NCBI RefSeq assembly: GCF_009914755.1
Contig: NC_060942.1
DNA from: the human T2T-CHM13v2.0 reference genome, Homo sapiens
Direction: 5' to 3' (one strand)
DNA: 64,000 bases
Position numbers and translations under genes: made by a program. Below, in pieces: positions 1 through 15,429 of the stretch (position 1 is the stretch's first letter; every line of letters begins with the position of its first letter). The notes below the pieces were generated by a model. That model was given only the letters and a program-made list of their open reading frames with translations. It was not told the DNA's origin and did no database searches.

Positions 1-1672
1 GGTGTTGGGGGAACTGATATTGACAGAGGTCCTCTGACATTTCATAGCCTGGCAAATAGGGTCAAACATGTTCCAGACCTCAGAGGATTGCTGAGGATAG
101 CTTTCTACTTAAGCTAGATAAAAGAAGTTTTGGGAATCTTACCTTGCACTCTGTTTTGTAGAAACAACTGTGTTTAATATATTTCTCATTACTGGCTGAA
201 TGACCTGTATGTGTTCAGGAGATCTCTCTATTTACCATTTTAATGCCACATATTTAATGAGCATTCAGGCCCAGACTGTGAAGACTCTGGAAATGAGAAT
301 TTTGTTTCCTATCTCCTGTGCTGTAACAAAAGCAGCTTAAAAATTGCAGTGTATAGACCTCACCTTTTATCATTTTTTTTCAGATTTTTAAATATTAATA
401 TTAAGGGTCTTTATCTCAGATGTTTGTTGTTTACCAGGTCATCAGTATCTGGACGCTGGCAGGGTCCTTAGCAATGGAGGGAGGGAGAGGGGGTCCAGCC
501 TGCATGATTGGATCAGTGTTGAACCTGTCCCACCTGTGGGGAAGAGGCAGCATGCGGAGCAGACAGGTGCCTGCTGCAGGTCAGGAGAGCTGGCCCCAAG
601 TCCTGACTTGGAGGGAAATGGTACATATTAATATCCTTTAGTGCCAGGTACTGGCGTAGCTAGTTTATATGCATCACTTGAGCCCCCTTGCATCACTGGC
701 ATCACTTCAAGATAGACAACAAGGGGAATGCACATCATATCCCTGTTCACTGGCGTTCACTGGTAGGGAAACTGAGGCTTAATAATGTGCCCAGGTACAC
801 ACAGCTGATAAGTAACCCTGCACCCTCGATCTCACAGCATGACATTGGAATCCACCTCATTAGACAGAGCTCAGCTGCCTATTCTGTCAAAAATGTTGAG
901 TTGTATCAGCTGCAGTGTCTGTAGTATTCCTAGACATTTCTGTGATTCTCATAAGTATCTTTGAAAGGGGGCCATTTAGTTTATTTCTGCATTTCTCCCT
1001 TATCTGCCGAAATGCCCGCAGGCTCTGGGACAAGCTATAAAGCTCTCCGTGTTATGCTGTGTTGCAAACCCAGTGCCAGTAATGATGCAGTGCTATTTAA
1101 AGATAAGAAAGCAAGCTCACAGAGGGAGAGCGCAGCAGGATGTTTATGTTCCAGAAGCATAAACACATGACCTGTGCCCGTCCCGTGTTCTTCGTCCATG
1201 TCCCCAGAGAGGCCGTGGATGGGATGGTGCAAGAAACCCATCAGGAAGCAGAATTAATCCTTCCTGCGGGTGGTCCCTGTGAAGAAGACACAGCGGCCGG
1301 TGGTGTGACAGCCCACAGCTGTCGAAGGAAGGGAGAAGAGAGGGACCGAGGGCCAGCAATAGGGTTTTACAGCTACGTGCTAGGTTGTCTCACATCTAGG
1401 AAAGAGAATGTTCATATTATATAGAAATGGGCATTTTCCCTGTGGCCTGATATGAGGTATCCAGAATATTCCTTTAGGTATTATTAAGTCATAGGTTTCT
1501 GTTTTGATAGAAACAGCAGGTGGTTCAGTTAGTATTTTTGTTGTTGTAATAGTAGCTTAGATCTCTTGTTTTTGTTTTCTTTGGCCAAGACAGAAAACAT
1601 TCTGCCACACACATTACTTCATGACTCTGGTTATATATTGAGAGCAGCATTAAAAAAAAAAAAAAGTCCAAT

Positions 1673-2076
1673 TTAGTCCATTAGGCCATTCTTGCATTGG
1701 TATAAAGAAACACCTGAGACTAGGTAATTTATAAAGAAAAGAAGTTTAATTGGTTCTTGGCTCTGCACGCTGTACTGGATGATACAGGATGCATGATGCT
1801 GACATCTGCTCGGCTACTGGGGAGGCCTCAGGAAGCTTCTAATCATGGTGGAAGATGAAGGGGGAGCAGGCATCTCACGTGGCCAGAGCAGGAGCAAGGG
1901 GTTGGGTCACACACTTTTAAACAACCAGATCTCATGAGAACTCACCATTGCCAGAACAGCACCAAGCCATGAGGGATCCACCCCCATGACCCAAACACTT
2001 CCCACCAAGCCCCACCTCCAACACCGGGGATTATTGTCAACATGAGATTTCGGGGACAAACATCCACACTATGTCG
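1673..2076. mobile_element. MaLR LTR, MST-like
   Basis: ttaggccattcttgcatt..ataaagaaacacctgagactaggtaatttataaagaaaagaagtttaattgg ... catgagattt..ggggacaaacatccacactat are typical MST/THE1 segments. Confidence 0.85.
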
Positions 2077-4759
2077 TAGCCTTAAGGGGATCTTACCTCT
2101 TTGAAGCATTGTAGAGTTCAGAGAGTAGGACATTTTGTCTACTGTATTTTAAAATACTAAATGTTCTGATTATGAAAGTCAGTCCTGGAAAAAAAAAACA
2201 AACAAACCTGAAACCATAGATGAAGATAAGGAACAAAATAAAAATTACCCACAGTCTCCCTCGCGTGTACCGCACAGTTCATGTTTTAGTGTGTCTACAC
2301 ACCATTTAATGCAGGTGGACAGACTCAGGGGCAGGTGTGCCTTGCTACTGCTATGTCCACAGCACCTGGCAGAGTCCCTGGTACAGCATAACTGCTCAGC
2401 AGTTGGGTGCTGAGTAAATATTAATACATGTGCATGTGGTACCAGTCAGGGCCCAACAGAGGGACCTCATGCGAGGAGTTGCTCCACAGGTGTGGAGGAT
2501 GAAAGAACAAGTTGGGGCGACCCTGAGAGAGCCCAGAGACAAGCTCTGCAGGAAGCAGGCACCACCACTGGGCCAGGTGACCTGAGCCCAGGAGCCAAGA
2601 GGATGCCCTCCACTGCTGATACTACCTCTGCAGTGGGACGACATCGGACCCCACTGCCGATGCTGGGACGGTGCTTCCCCTCCCCCTGAGGCTCTCCTAC
2701 CAGGGCCCCCTCTCATCAGGCCCCAGCTGGAAGCCAACTGGAAAGGGAGTCGGGGAAGTTTCATTTGTGGGGGTCCAAGTGCCAAGGGACAGACAAGGGA
2801 AGGGTGGATTTGCAGCTAAGAAGATAGTAAATAACCAGACTACGTGACAGTCTGAAGAATCAAATCTGGAATCAAATTCTACTCTGCTCTAATGTAACCC
2901 TGTATTTTACTGTGAATAATATACCGTGGGTATCTTCCTTGCTTGATAGATACAGCTCCACATAATTTTTCTCAATGAAACAGATTCTGGAGTAGGCAAC
3001 GTTTTCCTCTTTTGTAAAATACACCAAATTGTGAGGATTGAATGAGATAATGTCAAAGTATTAGTACTTTACCCTAGCTGATTGACAGTATCCAGTGATA
3101 GTGATAATAAGGGTAATTACTACTCTAGCCAATTTTATCAAACCTATGGATGTTTAAGGAATTGGGTTTTTTTTTTTTCTCCTTTGATGAATACTCCTGT
3201 AAATACATCGTTGCCTGCTTGTCTGAGTCTTTCTGTGGGTTTTTAGAAGTGGATTACTTGCAGCAAAGTCTCCTCTACTTAAGGCTCTTTGTATATTTTG
3301 CCTAATTGTGCTCTAGAAATACATCAATTTCCAGTCCTCCTTCTCTCAGACCACCTGTCCCTCACATTTTCACCAGTTCTGGGTCTTGTTATTCTTTTTA
3401 CTCTTTGTCAGTCAGGTGATTGAAAAATGTACATTTTTTTAAAATTGGCATTTATTAGTGAGCTTGAGGATGTTTTTCACAGTCATATGGAAACAGTTCT
3501 GCTTCATGAACAAGACCTTGGGGCCACATACTGGCTTGTTCACCTGGATGCATTTTCTCAGTCTCCCTCAGAATCATTTTTCTCCCTGAAAAATGGGATT
3601 AAAAGTATTAATAGTAGTGCCCATCTCACAGAGTCATTGCGAGGATTAAAGAGAGGATGCATAGACGTATTGAATCAGTGCTGGGTTCTGGTAGATGTTC
3701 AGCTAGCCCTAGAGATTATTAGCCATTTGATGTGCTGATCCTCAGGAAGGTGGGCGGGAGAGACCTAGACGCAGAAAAGGAGCTCTGGAGTTGAGGTTTC
3801 TAGAGATGAGGTGGTGCGTGGTGGCCCAGTCCAGCATGGCTCTGGGTGTGAGCACAACATAGGCAGATGTGTCTGGGGCTCAGGGAGTCATTTGTGGATT
3901 GAGGGTGCTATGTGGGTGTGGACCACGGTGATCCAGGATGATGCAGGATTTGGGCCGGGGAGGAAGATGGCAACCCAGGTTCCATGCCATCTTTAAAGAG
4001 GGGATGGTTACTAGGGTGTCCAGCGACCAGCCAAGTGGCCTATAGATAATAAGGAGGACTCTTCATGACATGGAGGCTGAGGTGGAAAGTCCCAGAGTAG
4101 GGTTCAGCCCTGGCCCTAAAAAGTGCCGGAGAACCTGTAGCCTCCTGGAAGCTGTGCTGTGTGCAGAGCCAAGCTTCAGTGTGACAAGGAATGGTGGGAG
4201 CAATTTGGAGAAGAATGAAGACTTGGTGCAGTGGCTAGGGAGGCAGGCAGGGTGAGGATGTGGAAGGGTGCAGAGCTGCTCAAGGTCAGCTTCCTGAGCC
4301 TGCGGTGTGGTCCCTTGCTCCACACTCAGAAGGGCCCTGTGTTTGATTTAATGCTCTTTTCTTGCCATCTTGAAATTCTTGATAGTTTTTGAACAAGGGA
4401 TCCATGTTTTCATTTTGCGCTGGGCCTGGAAATTACGTTGCTGGTGCTGAGGGGATGTGCAGAGCAGAGGTGGGCAGAGAACTGACGAGAAGGACACGTG
4501 GGTAAGGGTGGGATGAGCTGGCCTCAGGACTCCGAGCAGAGCTCATGTAAAGGTGTCGGGCCCAGGATGCGTTCTCAGGCTGGGGTGGGAGGCCTGATGA
4601 TGGCAGATTTCTCTGGATTACAAATAGAATATGTAGCAGGGTGGTTCATAGCTTTGTGTGTCTGTGTGTGCATTGGTAAATTTTTATTTTGAAACTAAAA
4701 TTATTTCAAAATTAGAGAAAGGCTGTGAGAGTGCGGTTGAGCTGGTGTTGGCTCTGGAA

Positions 4760-4971
4760 CAGGGTTTCCCAATGCAGGCGGCACTGGTAACTATGTGCCT
4801 TGGGTCATTCTTTGTTGTGGGGGCTGTCCTGTGCCCCATGGGATGTTCCCTGCACCCCTGGCCTCTGCCTTCTAGATGCTGGGGGGCACTTTCCCTGGTG
4901 TAATATTAAAAAAAACTCTCCACGTTGCCACATTTGGGGGGCAGAATCACCCCCTCCCCGAATTGAGAAGC
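4760..4971. mobile_element. MER20-like DNA transposon relic
   Basis: ttctttgttgtgggggctgtcctgtgc...cccctggcctctgcc.tctagatgc...ttgagaa motif chain. Confidence 0.7.
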
Positions 4972-5622
4972 TATGTTATTGGAACACAGTGTCCTGTATT
5001 TTGTCTAGCCTCTGCTGCTTAGAGCTGCCTGAGCTTGGAGAAGATACTTGTTCTCTTTCCAAAGCTTCACTGTCCCTTTCTGTACATTGTCAGGACGGCT
5101 GTTAATACCACTGCTCTAAATGTGCTCAGTTTTGCATAAACATCAGCTAATGTTAAAATTTTAATCTCTGCTAATATAAGAGGCATCGAAGTACACGCGA
5201 GTTCAGTTTGCATATGGTGAGGAGGGAGACGGCCTCATATCGTATGTGTGTATTTGCCGATTCTATATTTTGAGGTTGATTCCTGTTGTCTTTTGTTCAG
5301 TTGTCTCATTCTGTTTTCTTTTGGGGCTTTGAATGCCCTTTTCATGCCTGTGACCTCTCTTTACTATGCCTTTTCTTCTCTGCCAGCAAATCTCATCCAT
5401 TCTTCCAGGGCACCTTACTGTCCCCCAAAGCCCCAGTGACTGCTCTGTCCACAGGGCTTGGTTTCTGTGCTCTGGCTCTGCAATGCAATGCAGAAGGGGC
5501 TGGGCTCGGAATGGGGTTGCTGGTCAGGCCATGTGCCCAGGGGAAGGACACAGGACTCAAGGAGTCCACCCCTCTCTCCCCCCCTTTTTTTTTTGGTCAC
5601 TGAAATATTTTCTTTCCAATTC

Positions 5623-6334
<712 letters not shown>

Positions 6335-6499
6335 CCAATGTCATATTAAGCTTTATGGAAGAATAGACCAATATGTGGTGGGTTCAAGAATCTTTTCTTA
6401 GAAGAAAAGTGAATCTGTATATTTGATACTTTATGATTTCCTTATTTGCTCTAAGCAGTTGGTAAGAATCTCAGTGTCACTTGGCTGAATGATACACTA

Positions 6500-7071
6500 C
6501 TGGTGCCTCCAGACCTATGAGGAGCCTAATATTTTTGTCTTGGTTGAAACAATGCAAATCCTGGGTTTTGGAGATGCTCACAGCCAGCTGTCTGATTACG
6601 TAAACTGAAAGTGGCAGAGAGGAAGCTTTTGCGTGGGGAAAACATGAAATATACAAGGGTTCCTTTAAAACAGAGTGTACTTCTGAACATTTACTGAAGG
6701 TGGAGGGCCCTGGACACCTGATGTTATCTTATGTGGCGTTATCTGGGTCAGATTTCATTGCATTTCCTGAAGAGGTAACTTGGCAGTCCTGGGAGAGGCT
6801 GGACCTTGGTGTCCAGGTGGCAGGTTCATAAGACACCTGTGATTTGATGTGAGCCAGTCACAGAGGAAGCCATTTCCAGAGAGGAACAACCGTGTAGACT
6901 GCTTTCCTGGGAGTCAAGTTAAAACTTCTCTCCTGTGACCTTGTCACCCGGCAGTGGAAAGTTACCCTTGGCTGCAGCCACGACTTCCGCATACTCTTCA
7001 GAACTTGCTCTGCCCTTGAGTTTTCCAGCTTTCCTTTAATGCACTAAACCTTTAATATTGTATTCTCCTAA
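6500..7071 (+). promoter_or_regulatory. Putative promoter/5'UTR of the MRRLAFEQ first exon
   Basis: Repeat-free DNA directly upstream of the ATG; octamer ATGCAAAT 6552-6559, TTACGTAA 6596-6603, ETS-like ACTTCCG ~6983-6989. The TSS cannot be determined from sequence. Confidence 0.5.
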
Positions 7072-7095
7072 ATGAGACGTCTCGCATTTGAGCAG
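7072..7095 (+). CDS. NEDD4L: Coding part of an alternative first exon of NEDD4L (MRRLAFEQ)
   Basis: ATG AGA CGT CTC GCA TTT GAG CAG then GTAACA donor (GT 7096-7097). Phase-0 junction reads in frame into GGA GAG TCC at 23326. Second donor CG|GTAAGA (GT 7106-7107) 10 nt downstream, as described for rs4149601. Confidence 0.92.
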
Positions 7096-7783
7096 GTAAC
7101 ACTCGGTAAGACTTTGCTTGGTGGGGGAGGAGGTTTTACCTTCCTGTGGCATTCTGAAGCTCTCCACATCCACCCATAGTCATGATTGTGTTATATGACC
7201 TCAAGATGCTGGAGCTGTTAATTCATCTTTAACATAATTGACCTGATTACTTCTTTCTTGAAGGATTTTGTTCAAACCTCAGGGTTTATTTAGGAACAAG
7301 TCTAACCAGGCCTGATTGGTTTTCCTAAGTGGAGATACAGCTTTGGGAAACAAATTAAGAAAATGAATGGATTGAAAATGTAGGAACACCGTGACAGTTG
7401 TGAATTTTTCTTATTGAGGGAAAAAATGGGTATCTGTGAATATTTCTCTTACACTATATAGTGAGAAATGACACTCTGCTGTGGATGGTAATTTATTTCT
7501 GTGTAATTGCCTGAGTAAGGCTTTCTCTGATATTGAATACTGAGTAGAACTCTTAGGTTATTTTTGGAAGAATTATGGATTTTCTCTTAGGTTTTAGAAT
7601 ATTTTTTGTTTGCCTGTTAAGAGAATTTGATGAAGATTTCAATGTAATTAACCAAATAAAATGGCATTCTGTATCCTGGGAAGGGACGATGTCTTTCAGT
7701 TCTAAATCAATGCATCATTTACCTCCTATCTCTCTTGCTGGCCGAGCCATCAATCCTGTTTTTATTAAATGTTGTTGTTATTG

Positions 7784-8125
<342 letters not shown>

Positions 8126-9158
8126 TTAAAAGCACTCTGATTTGGACTGACAGAATGTTTTTTAGATGTTAGATAGATCTAGCTTTGAATATTTATTTGC
8201 AGAGAAGTAGCAGGGAGGACTAGGAATGACTTTTTCTTAGGAGGTGCTATGCATTCCATCAGGTGACTGACCCCTTTGTGAGCTGTAGTGGTCAGTCCCA
8301 GCATGGCCCACACTTGTTGGCTGTCTTAGCCATGGTGGCTGTGGTTGGCGGGTACCCAGCCAAGGGTTTTCCATACTGGGGGCCTTGGTCCAGTGGGGGC
8401 GGGTCGTACCATGACCCCCTTCTCCTGTGATCTTGCCTCACTGGCCCAGGTAAATTGGTGGACGTCCTTGACTCCTCCACCTCCAAAAGGACTTTGAACT
8501 TTGGCACTGTTGGGAGTTTAGGCTACACCTCAACCAGGCAGAGATTGGGATCTAACCTACTTTTAAAAGCCCTCTACAGGGAATTTCATAACTTTCCTGA
8601 GTGTTAGGTTTTGGTGATTAACAGCCTTGACTTTTTGGAGCCCTTCCTTTGCCAAACATGCATTCCTCAGGTGCTCACTTAAAATGATTCTTCACAATAT
8701 GCCTATAGACGGGTCTGTCTGGTACAGCATCCTGGAGTGGTGTCAAGGGAAAGAAACATGCTGCTTCTGCCACAGACGGACCATGCATGGGAAGAAACTA
8801 TTTGAGAATGGCTCTCCAAGGGGCTGGTCGGCCTTGTCTGCCCACTCCCTCTACCTTTCTTTGTTCTGTTTCTTTCTCTTCAGTGTTGGTCCATTTTCCT
8901 TTTTTCACTGTTGCGTGTTAGCACATCATTACTCTTATCTCCATATATTTGGATGTTTCCTGCATTATGGTGAGCTTCAGTAGGTCTTGGATGAGTTAGT
9001 TGTTCTCATTCCAAAATGTAAATTTCTGGTGTTTAGTAGGTGCTCAGTAAAGCTTGAGAAAGATGAAAGTGAGAGCCCAGAACTAGTATAAAAATACGGA
9101 TACCACCATAGCATGGTAATTAAAGGGGTGATTGTGAAGATGAGGTAGCTGTGCCTGG

Positions 9159-9161
<3 letters not shown>

Positions 9162-9194
<33 letters not shown>
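9162..9194. repeat. (TG)n microsatellite
   Basis: About 16 uninterrupted TG units. Confidence 0.95.
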
Positions 9195-9195
<1 letters not shown>

Positions 9196-10137
9196 GGCTG
9201 GAGAAGGCTTACCAGTGGTGCTGGACATGTCGGGTAGAGTGTTAATAGTAACTTAATTGACTGAATTTGGAAATAATCTATGGGGTTAGAGAGCAAGGAG
9301 GTAGCTGTGTAAGAGGATGGGGTCGGTGAGGTGGGGTGGTGTGAGCAATGGAGCTCAAGGGCTCAAGGTGCAGGCCTGGACTGATGGCCACTAGGACCAC
9401 CCCAATGGCTTCAGGGTCAGGACAGGAAGGGAATGTGATTATTGCAGCAGGTAGTAGGGCAGTATGAGTGTATTATTCATATATGTGTGATGAAATGGAG
9501 CATCAAATAATATATCCCATAGGATAGAAAGGCACAGTGAGTGAGTTTGGGTTAAAAATTCGATGAGATAAAGTGGTTGTACCTCCTATGAAAACAATTT
9601 AATTTCTTATTATGAAGGCATTACTCATGTTCTTCAGAAAAATTAAAAAAAAAAACTCAGTCATTATAGACAATTGTACTCAAGATGAAAACACCCTGTA
9701 CTGTCGCAACCCTGAAGCACCTCTGTTAATATGTGTGTGTCTTCTCACGGGGTGATTCTTGATCAGAGTTACTGAAACAGCAAGGCTTGGGAACAAGAGG
9801 CATGAGAGCAACACTCAGGACCTGTTCAGTTTTCTGCACAGTTCCAGGTGCTCTTCCAGCATTGCTGGCTCCGAGAGAGTCAAATATTCAGAGCTTGCAA
9901 GCTGGGGAGGAAAGGGGTTAGGGTGGAGATAAAGATCTGGGAGATCTACAGATACGGATCATCTGCATTTGGAAATTTTGTTTGCCCTTCTCACACATTT
10001 CCATCCAAGTTTTCTTTGGGGAAGAGGGGATCCCTGCAGAGGAGTCCAGTTGCAAATGTGAAATCTTAAAAATGTATGTAAATAGCATCTTTCATTCCGT
10101 GATACTTGTTTGTTTGAATAGAACATTGTTAAATTTT

Positions 10138-10305
10138 ATTGTGCTTCAGAATCATCTGGGTGCTTACAAACATAGATTGCTGGACTCTGGTTCTGGAGAT
10201 TCGGATTCTGGAAGTCTGAAGTGGGGCTTGGGAATCTCCATTTCTTCCAAGTTGCCAGGTGATGCTGATGCTGGTAGTCGGGAGTCCGTACTTTGAGAAC
10301 CACTC
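10138..10305. mobile_element. MER5-like DNA transposon relic
   Basis: cagaatcatctggg..gatt.ctgga...ccaggtgatgctgatgctg...actttgagaaccact. Confidence 0.75.
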
Positions 10306-10871
10306 TTCTACCTACCAAGACTTCCAAAAAATTGGTACTCTGGGAAGATGCCCTGTGCCAGTCCTGTGGCTTCTTAGGCACCTCTTCCAGCATAGACTCC
10401 TGCAGAGAACCTGGTACCTGCAAGTACCTAGTACCTGCAAGTACCTGCAAGTCCAGTGTGGGAAATCTCATGACAGGCATCAACATTCCGTGACGGTTGA
10501 CAGCCACCTATGGGGTGGCTGATGCCTTTTCTGTGTCTTCAGGGTTTTAGGGGAAGGAGAGTCTAAATGAGTGGTTCTAGGTTGTGGGAAGAGCCTGGCT
10601 TTGATGTTCAGACACCTGGCCTCAGGCTGCATCGCCCATACTTCCTGTGGAATGGTTATCATGAGTCCTGTTGTCCTGTAGGTGAATCATTGATTCCTGT
10701 CTTTGCATAACCTCTCACTTGATGATAATTTTTTTTTAAAAAAATGACTCTTGGAAACAGAACACACAGTTTGTAGAGGGACCTACAGTACAGCAGAAGC
10801 TTTGTGGAAGGATACAAAATGTGAGGGACTGTAGTCGAAGAGATTTAAATTGGAAGTGGGAAGAGATTGAC

Positions 10872-11123
<252 letters not shown>

Positions 11124-11190
11124 TTTGTGTCTCTTAGGGAGCATGTTTGAAGAGTCAAAGGAAAACCAAGTCTGTTAGCTTTGCGAAACG

Positions 11191-11483
11191 TTTTTTTTTT
11201 TGAGATGGAGTCTCGCTCTGTCCCCCAGGCTGGAGTGCCGTGGCGCAATCTCGGCTCACTGCAAGCTCTGCCTCGTGGGTTCACGCTGTTCTCCTGACTC
11301 AGCCTCCTGAGTAGCTGGAAGTACAGGCGCCCGCCACCACGCCTGGCAAGTTTTTCTGGAATTTTTAGTAGAGACGGGGTTTCACCATGTTAGCCAGGAT
11401 GGTCTCTATCTCCTGACCTTGTGATCTGCCCTACTTGGCCTCCAAAATGCTGGGATTACAGGCGTGAGTCACCGCACCCGGCC
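11191..11483 (-). mobile_element. Alu (AluY/Sc-like)
   Basis: gcaagctctgcc, gggttcacgc and ttagccaggatggtct diagnostic-type positions. Confidence 0.93.
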
Positions 11484-12024
11484 CGAAATATTGTTAAAAC
11501 CAAGTACCTTTGTGAAACATTGTTACAAAAACCAAGTACCAAGTGTGTGGCATTAAAGTCAAACATTAATTTCAAGTTACAGAAAGAAATAGCACTGAGT
11601 AGAGGTTGATCGATAAAAAATGAATAAAATATTCAACAGAAACTCCTTAAAAATAATGTGAGAAATGGACATGTGACATGGGCGTTTAAAAAGTCTGTAA
11701 GGCCAAGAAAAGTTTCCTGAAAGGAACACTGTGCCCAGGCAGTCCTGGCTTTGCAGGATTCCCTGATAACCGAGCTCAGGCATCCTGCAGAGTGAGTACT
11801 GCCCAGATAGAACCTTCTGCCTCTTTGGGGTAAAATTCGATTTCAAAGAGAGAGAACTGTGGGGTGAGAAAGGAAGACTGGGACCCAAGGGGCCAAACTA
11901 GTGACAATGACTGCTGTCATGAAGGGTGACAAGGACAATACCTGCTGAGCTCAAACCACCCTTTGGACCCAGTGAAGCTCAGATGTTGCTTCCAGTGCAG
12001 GAGTAGTTAAGCTCAACTGTTTTA

Positions 12025-12340
<316 letters not shown>

Positions 12341-14431
12341 GTAGCAAAAACAATCCAGTTATTCCTCAAATATTTATGAGCACCTCTTAATGTTTCAGAT
12401 ACTATTGTGACAAGAGAAAAATGTGTTTGTATATGTAAATAGAAAAACAAAAGTGATGTGGAAGCGATTACTTCTGTCATTTTGGAACTACCTTCCTCCC
12501 ATATTAAGTCCATATTATGACAATTCAAAAATAATCAAACTTCGTAAGATATTACCTGTGAAAGGAATAAGTATTTAAAAATGTATTTTAGATGGCCTTT
12601 TAGAAATCTAGTCCGTGGACACAATCTAGCATCATGCAGTTGCCTTCAAAAAGAATATCCTAAAGTTCTTGTTTGTTTTCTTTTTCCTTTCAAAGTGTTC
12701 TGTTGAAAATAACCCATTTGTCATTTTAGTTTTGATATGACTTAGTTATACATGCCTTTTGAAGCAGTACCCACCCACATAGTAATTGCGACTATCTTGT
12801 GTTTTGAAAAAAAAAAAGCGAGACAATTTGACTTTGATAGTTTTAAGTTTAAAAAAAAAAAAAAAACGCTCCAAGTTAGACTCAGATGAAATCCTTTGAT
12901 CTTAGGTATTTTATGAGGAAACTGGAAAAAATAATTTCACAAATTTCTATTTTGCTTTATAAAAATTTTATGATTCATAACACAGGGAAAATCCAGTAAG
13001 CTAAGGCGTTTTTTAGTTGTTTATCTTGCTAGTGAGTCTTTGATGTGAGTTATTTCTTTGCAGTAAGGTGGCATGGATGGGTGATGAGGCTAAGCTGAAA
13101 AGTTAAATCTCATAATGGACATTTGCGCCCTTTAAGGAAGTAAAGCTCTCAAAGCATGATTATGGCCAAGATGAGGCCGGTGGCATGTTTGTCTCCTAAA
13201 TGTGCAGCCAGGAATCTCGACGGTTTGTCTGAGGTATGCAGGTGCCTGGTAGATAAATTAGGGTGAGCATCATTCATGGCGTGTGGTCAGTTGCAGGCCT
13301 TCAGCCACAGGGATGACAGAAGGGAAGTGAGGAATCAGGGATGGGTTTGAACTGCGGCGTTGCTTTGGGAGTCTCTAGACATGATCAGTTGCACGTGTAC
13401 TGTTCTCCTTGTCACCCTCAGGATCTACTGTCCTGTGGTTGAAGCCTGCAGCTCTCCCAAGTTGGTGGCACTGGGCTTCCTGACTTCTCGATGTCTAATG
13501 AGACAGTGGAATTCTACTTGCAGCCCCACTGCAGGCCAGGTTTATCTCTCCTCTGTCTTCCCAGCTGGTGATTTGGTTTCTCAGTGCTGTTTTGGGTGCA
13601 CTTTTGTGGAGGATTCAAGCTGGTCCTTAGCCACTCCTTGAACCAGAACCTCTTTTACTTTCTTATGTAGTTCTTCTCTTCCTGTTTTTATATCCTAAAA
13701 CTAGTCCAGCGACCAGCCCATCGTAGTAGAAGCGTTGGTGTTCTTCCTAAAAGGAATTGTAAACATCTCTTGGAGAGTGGGTTAGCCACCATAAATTGTT
13801 TTGGGACTTCGGATACCCCCTTCCGCAAATGCTATCTAGAGATGCTTTAATTTCATTTCAATTGGTTATTGCATCCCTGATATTTTGAAACTGTTATGAG
13901 TAGAAAACATTCTGGTTTATGAACAATCTGCTTTTCACTATGAAATAGATGGGAATTGTAATTATTCCTGCGCTTTGTCTTAGAGAAGTTACATGCATGC
14001 ATCAAGTGTTGTGTGATCTTGTGCAGTTCTTCTTAGATTGAGTTTTTGGCTCCTCGTGTGCAGGCCTTCTAAAATCACAATGTCCCTGAGTTGGGAAGGA
14101 ACATCAGGGGCTATCTGGTTCATTATCCTACCCCCCACCGCCTCCCACGCCCCACATTTCTGGCAGCCTACGAGTCTTTGGTCCCTCCCCAGTGCTACCT
14201 GGCCAGCTCTCAGCCTTGGGAGGCCACCTGCCCGTGTTTGACCTGGGTTAATGACCGCCAGTTCCTTTCCCTTAATACGACTCATCTGCTCTCCTGCATG
14301 CTCGCTCCTTGGGTGAGAGCTGCCCTCTGCAACCTCATAACGGAAAATGGCTTGACTTCTGCCACCTCCTCCTCCTTCCCATGAAAGAATCTGGTCTTTT
14401 CTATCTCTCTATTATTTTTAAAACCAGATTA

Positions 14432-14756
<325 letters not shown>

Positions 14757-15429
14757 AAACCAGATTAAACATTCCTAAGTAATTCTTTTTGTGACTTTTG
14801 CCTGTTTATTAACTATCCTGGCTACTTAAAATGAATTTTTGAGTTATGAATACATTTAGATGGTTTTAAATTCAAAGAAGTCTCTTTTTTCTCAGTCACT
14901 TCCATCCCCAGCCAAACAGTTCTTATCCCCAGAGTCAGCCAGTGTTACCAGTTTCTTGTGTCCATGCAGTTTGCTTTATGCATTTACGTAAGCAAATATT
15001 CGTACACACACACACACCCTTTCTATCTTATGGAAAGTTATTTCAGTGGCACATGTAAGTATCTCAGCATCTCTTGATTGTCATTCTTTTTGGATTTTTT
15101 TTTTAAATTTCATACTTACAAATGATCATGTATCTTAAGTTTTCTGAAGTAGCCTTGGTTTCGCATTTTGACTGTATTTATTATGGTATCAGGTTCCATA
15201 TTTCTTAAAAGTAATACTGCTGCTGCACTTACATTGAACAAGTCACCAAGCTCTGTTAATTTTGCCTGAAAAATGCCACTGCTTTGACGTGATAGAAAAC
15301 ACAGGCAATAGTCTTTATTTCTCACTGCTGTTTTTTTCTTATTTTGAAGAATCACCCTAATACATAGGAAAATCTCGACTTAGCAAAGAGATAAATGAGA
15401 CTGTAATTATTGCATTGGGTTTTTCACAA

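Noticed and set aside
10414-10452. GTACCTGCAA repeated about 3.5 times
   Set aside because: Tiny slippage repeat with no further structure.
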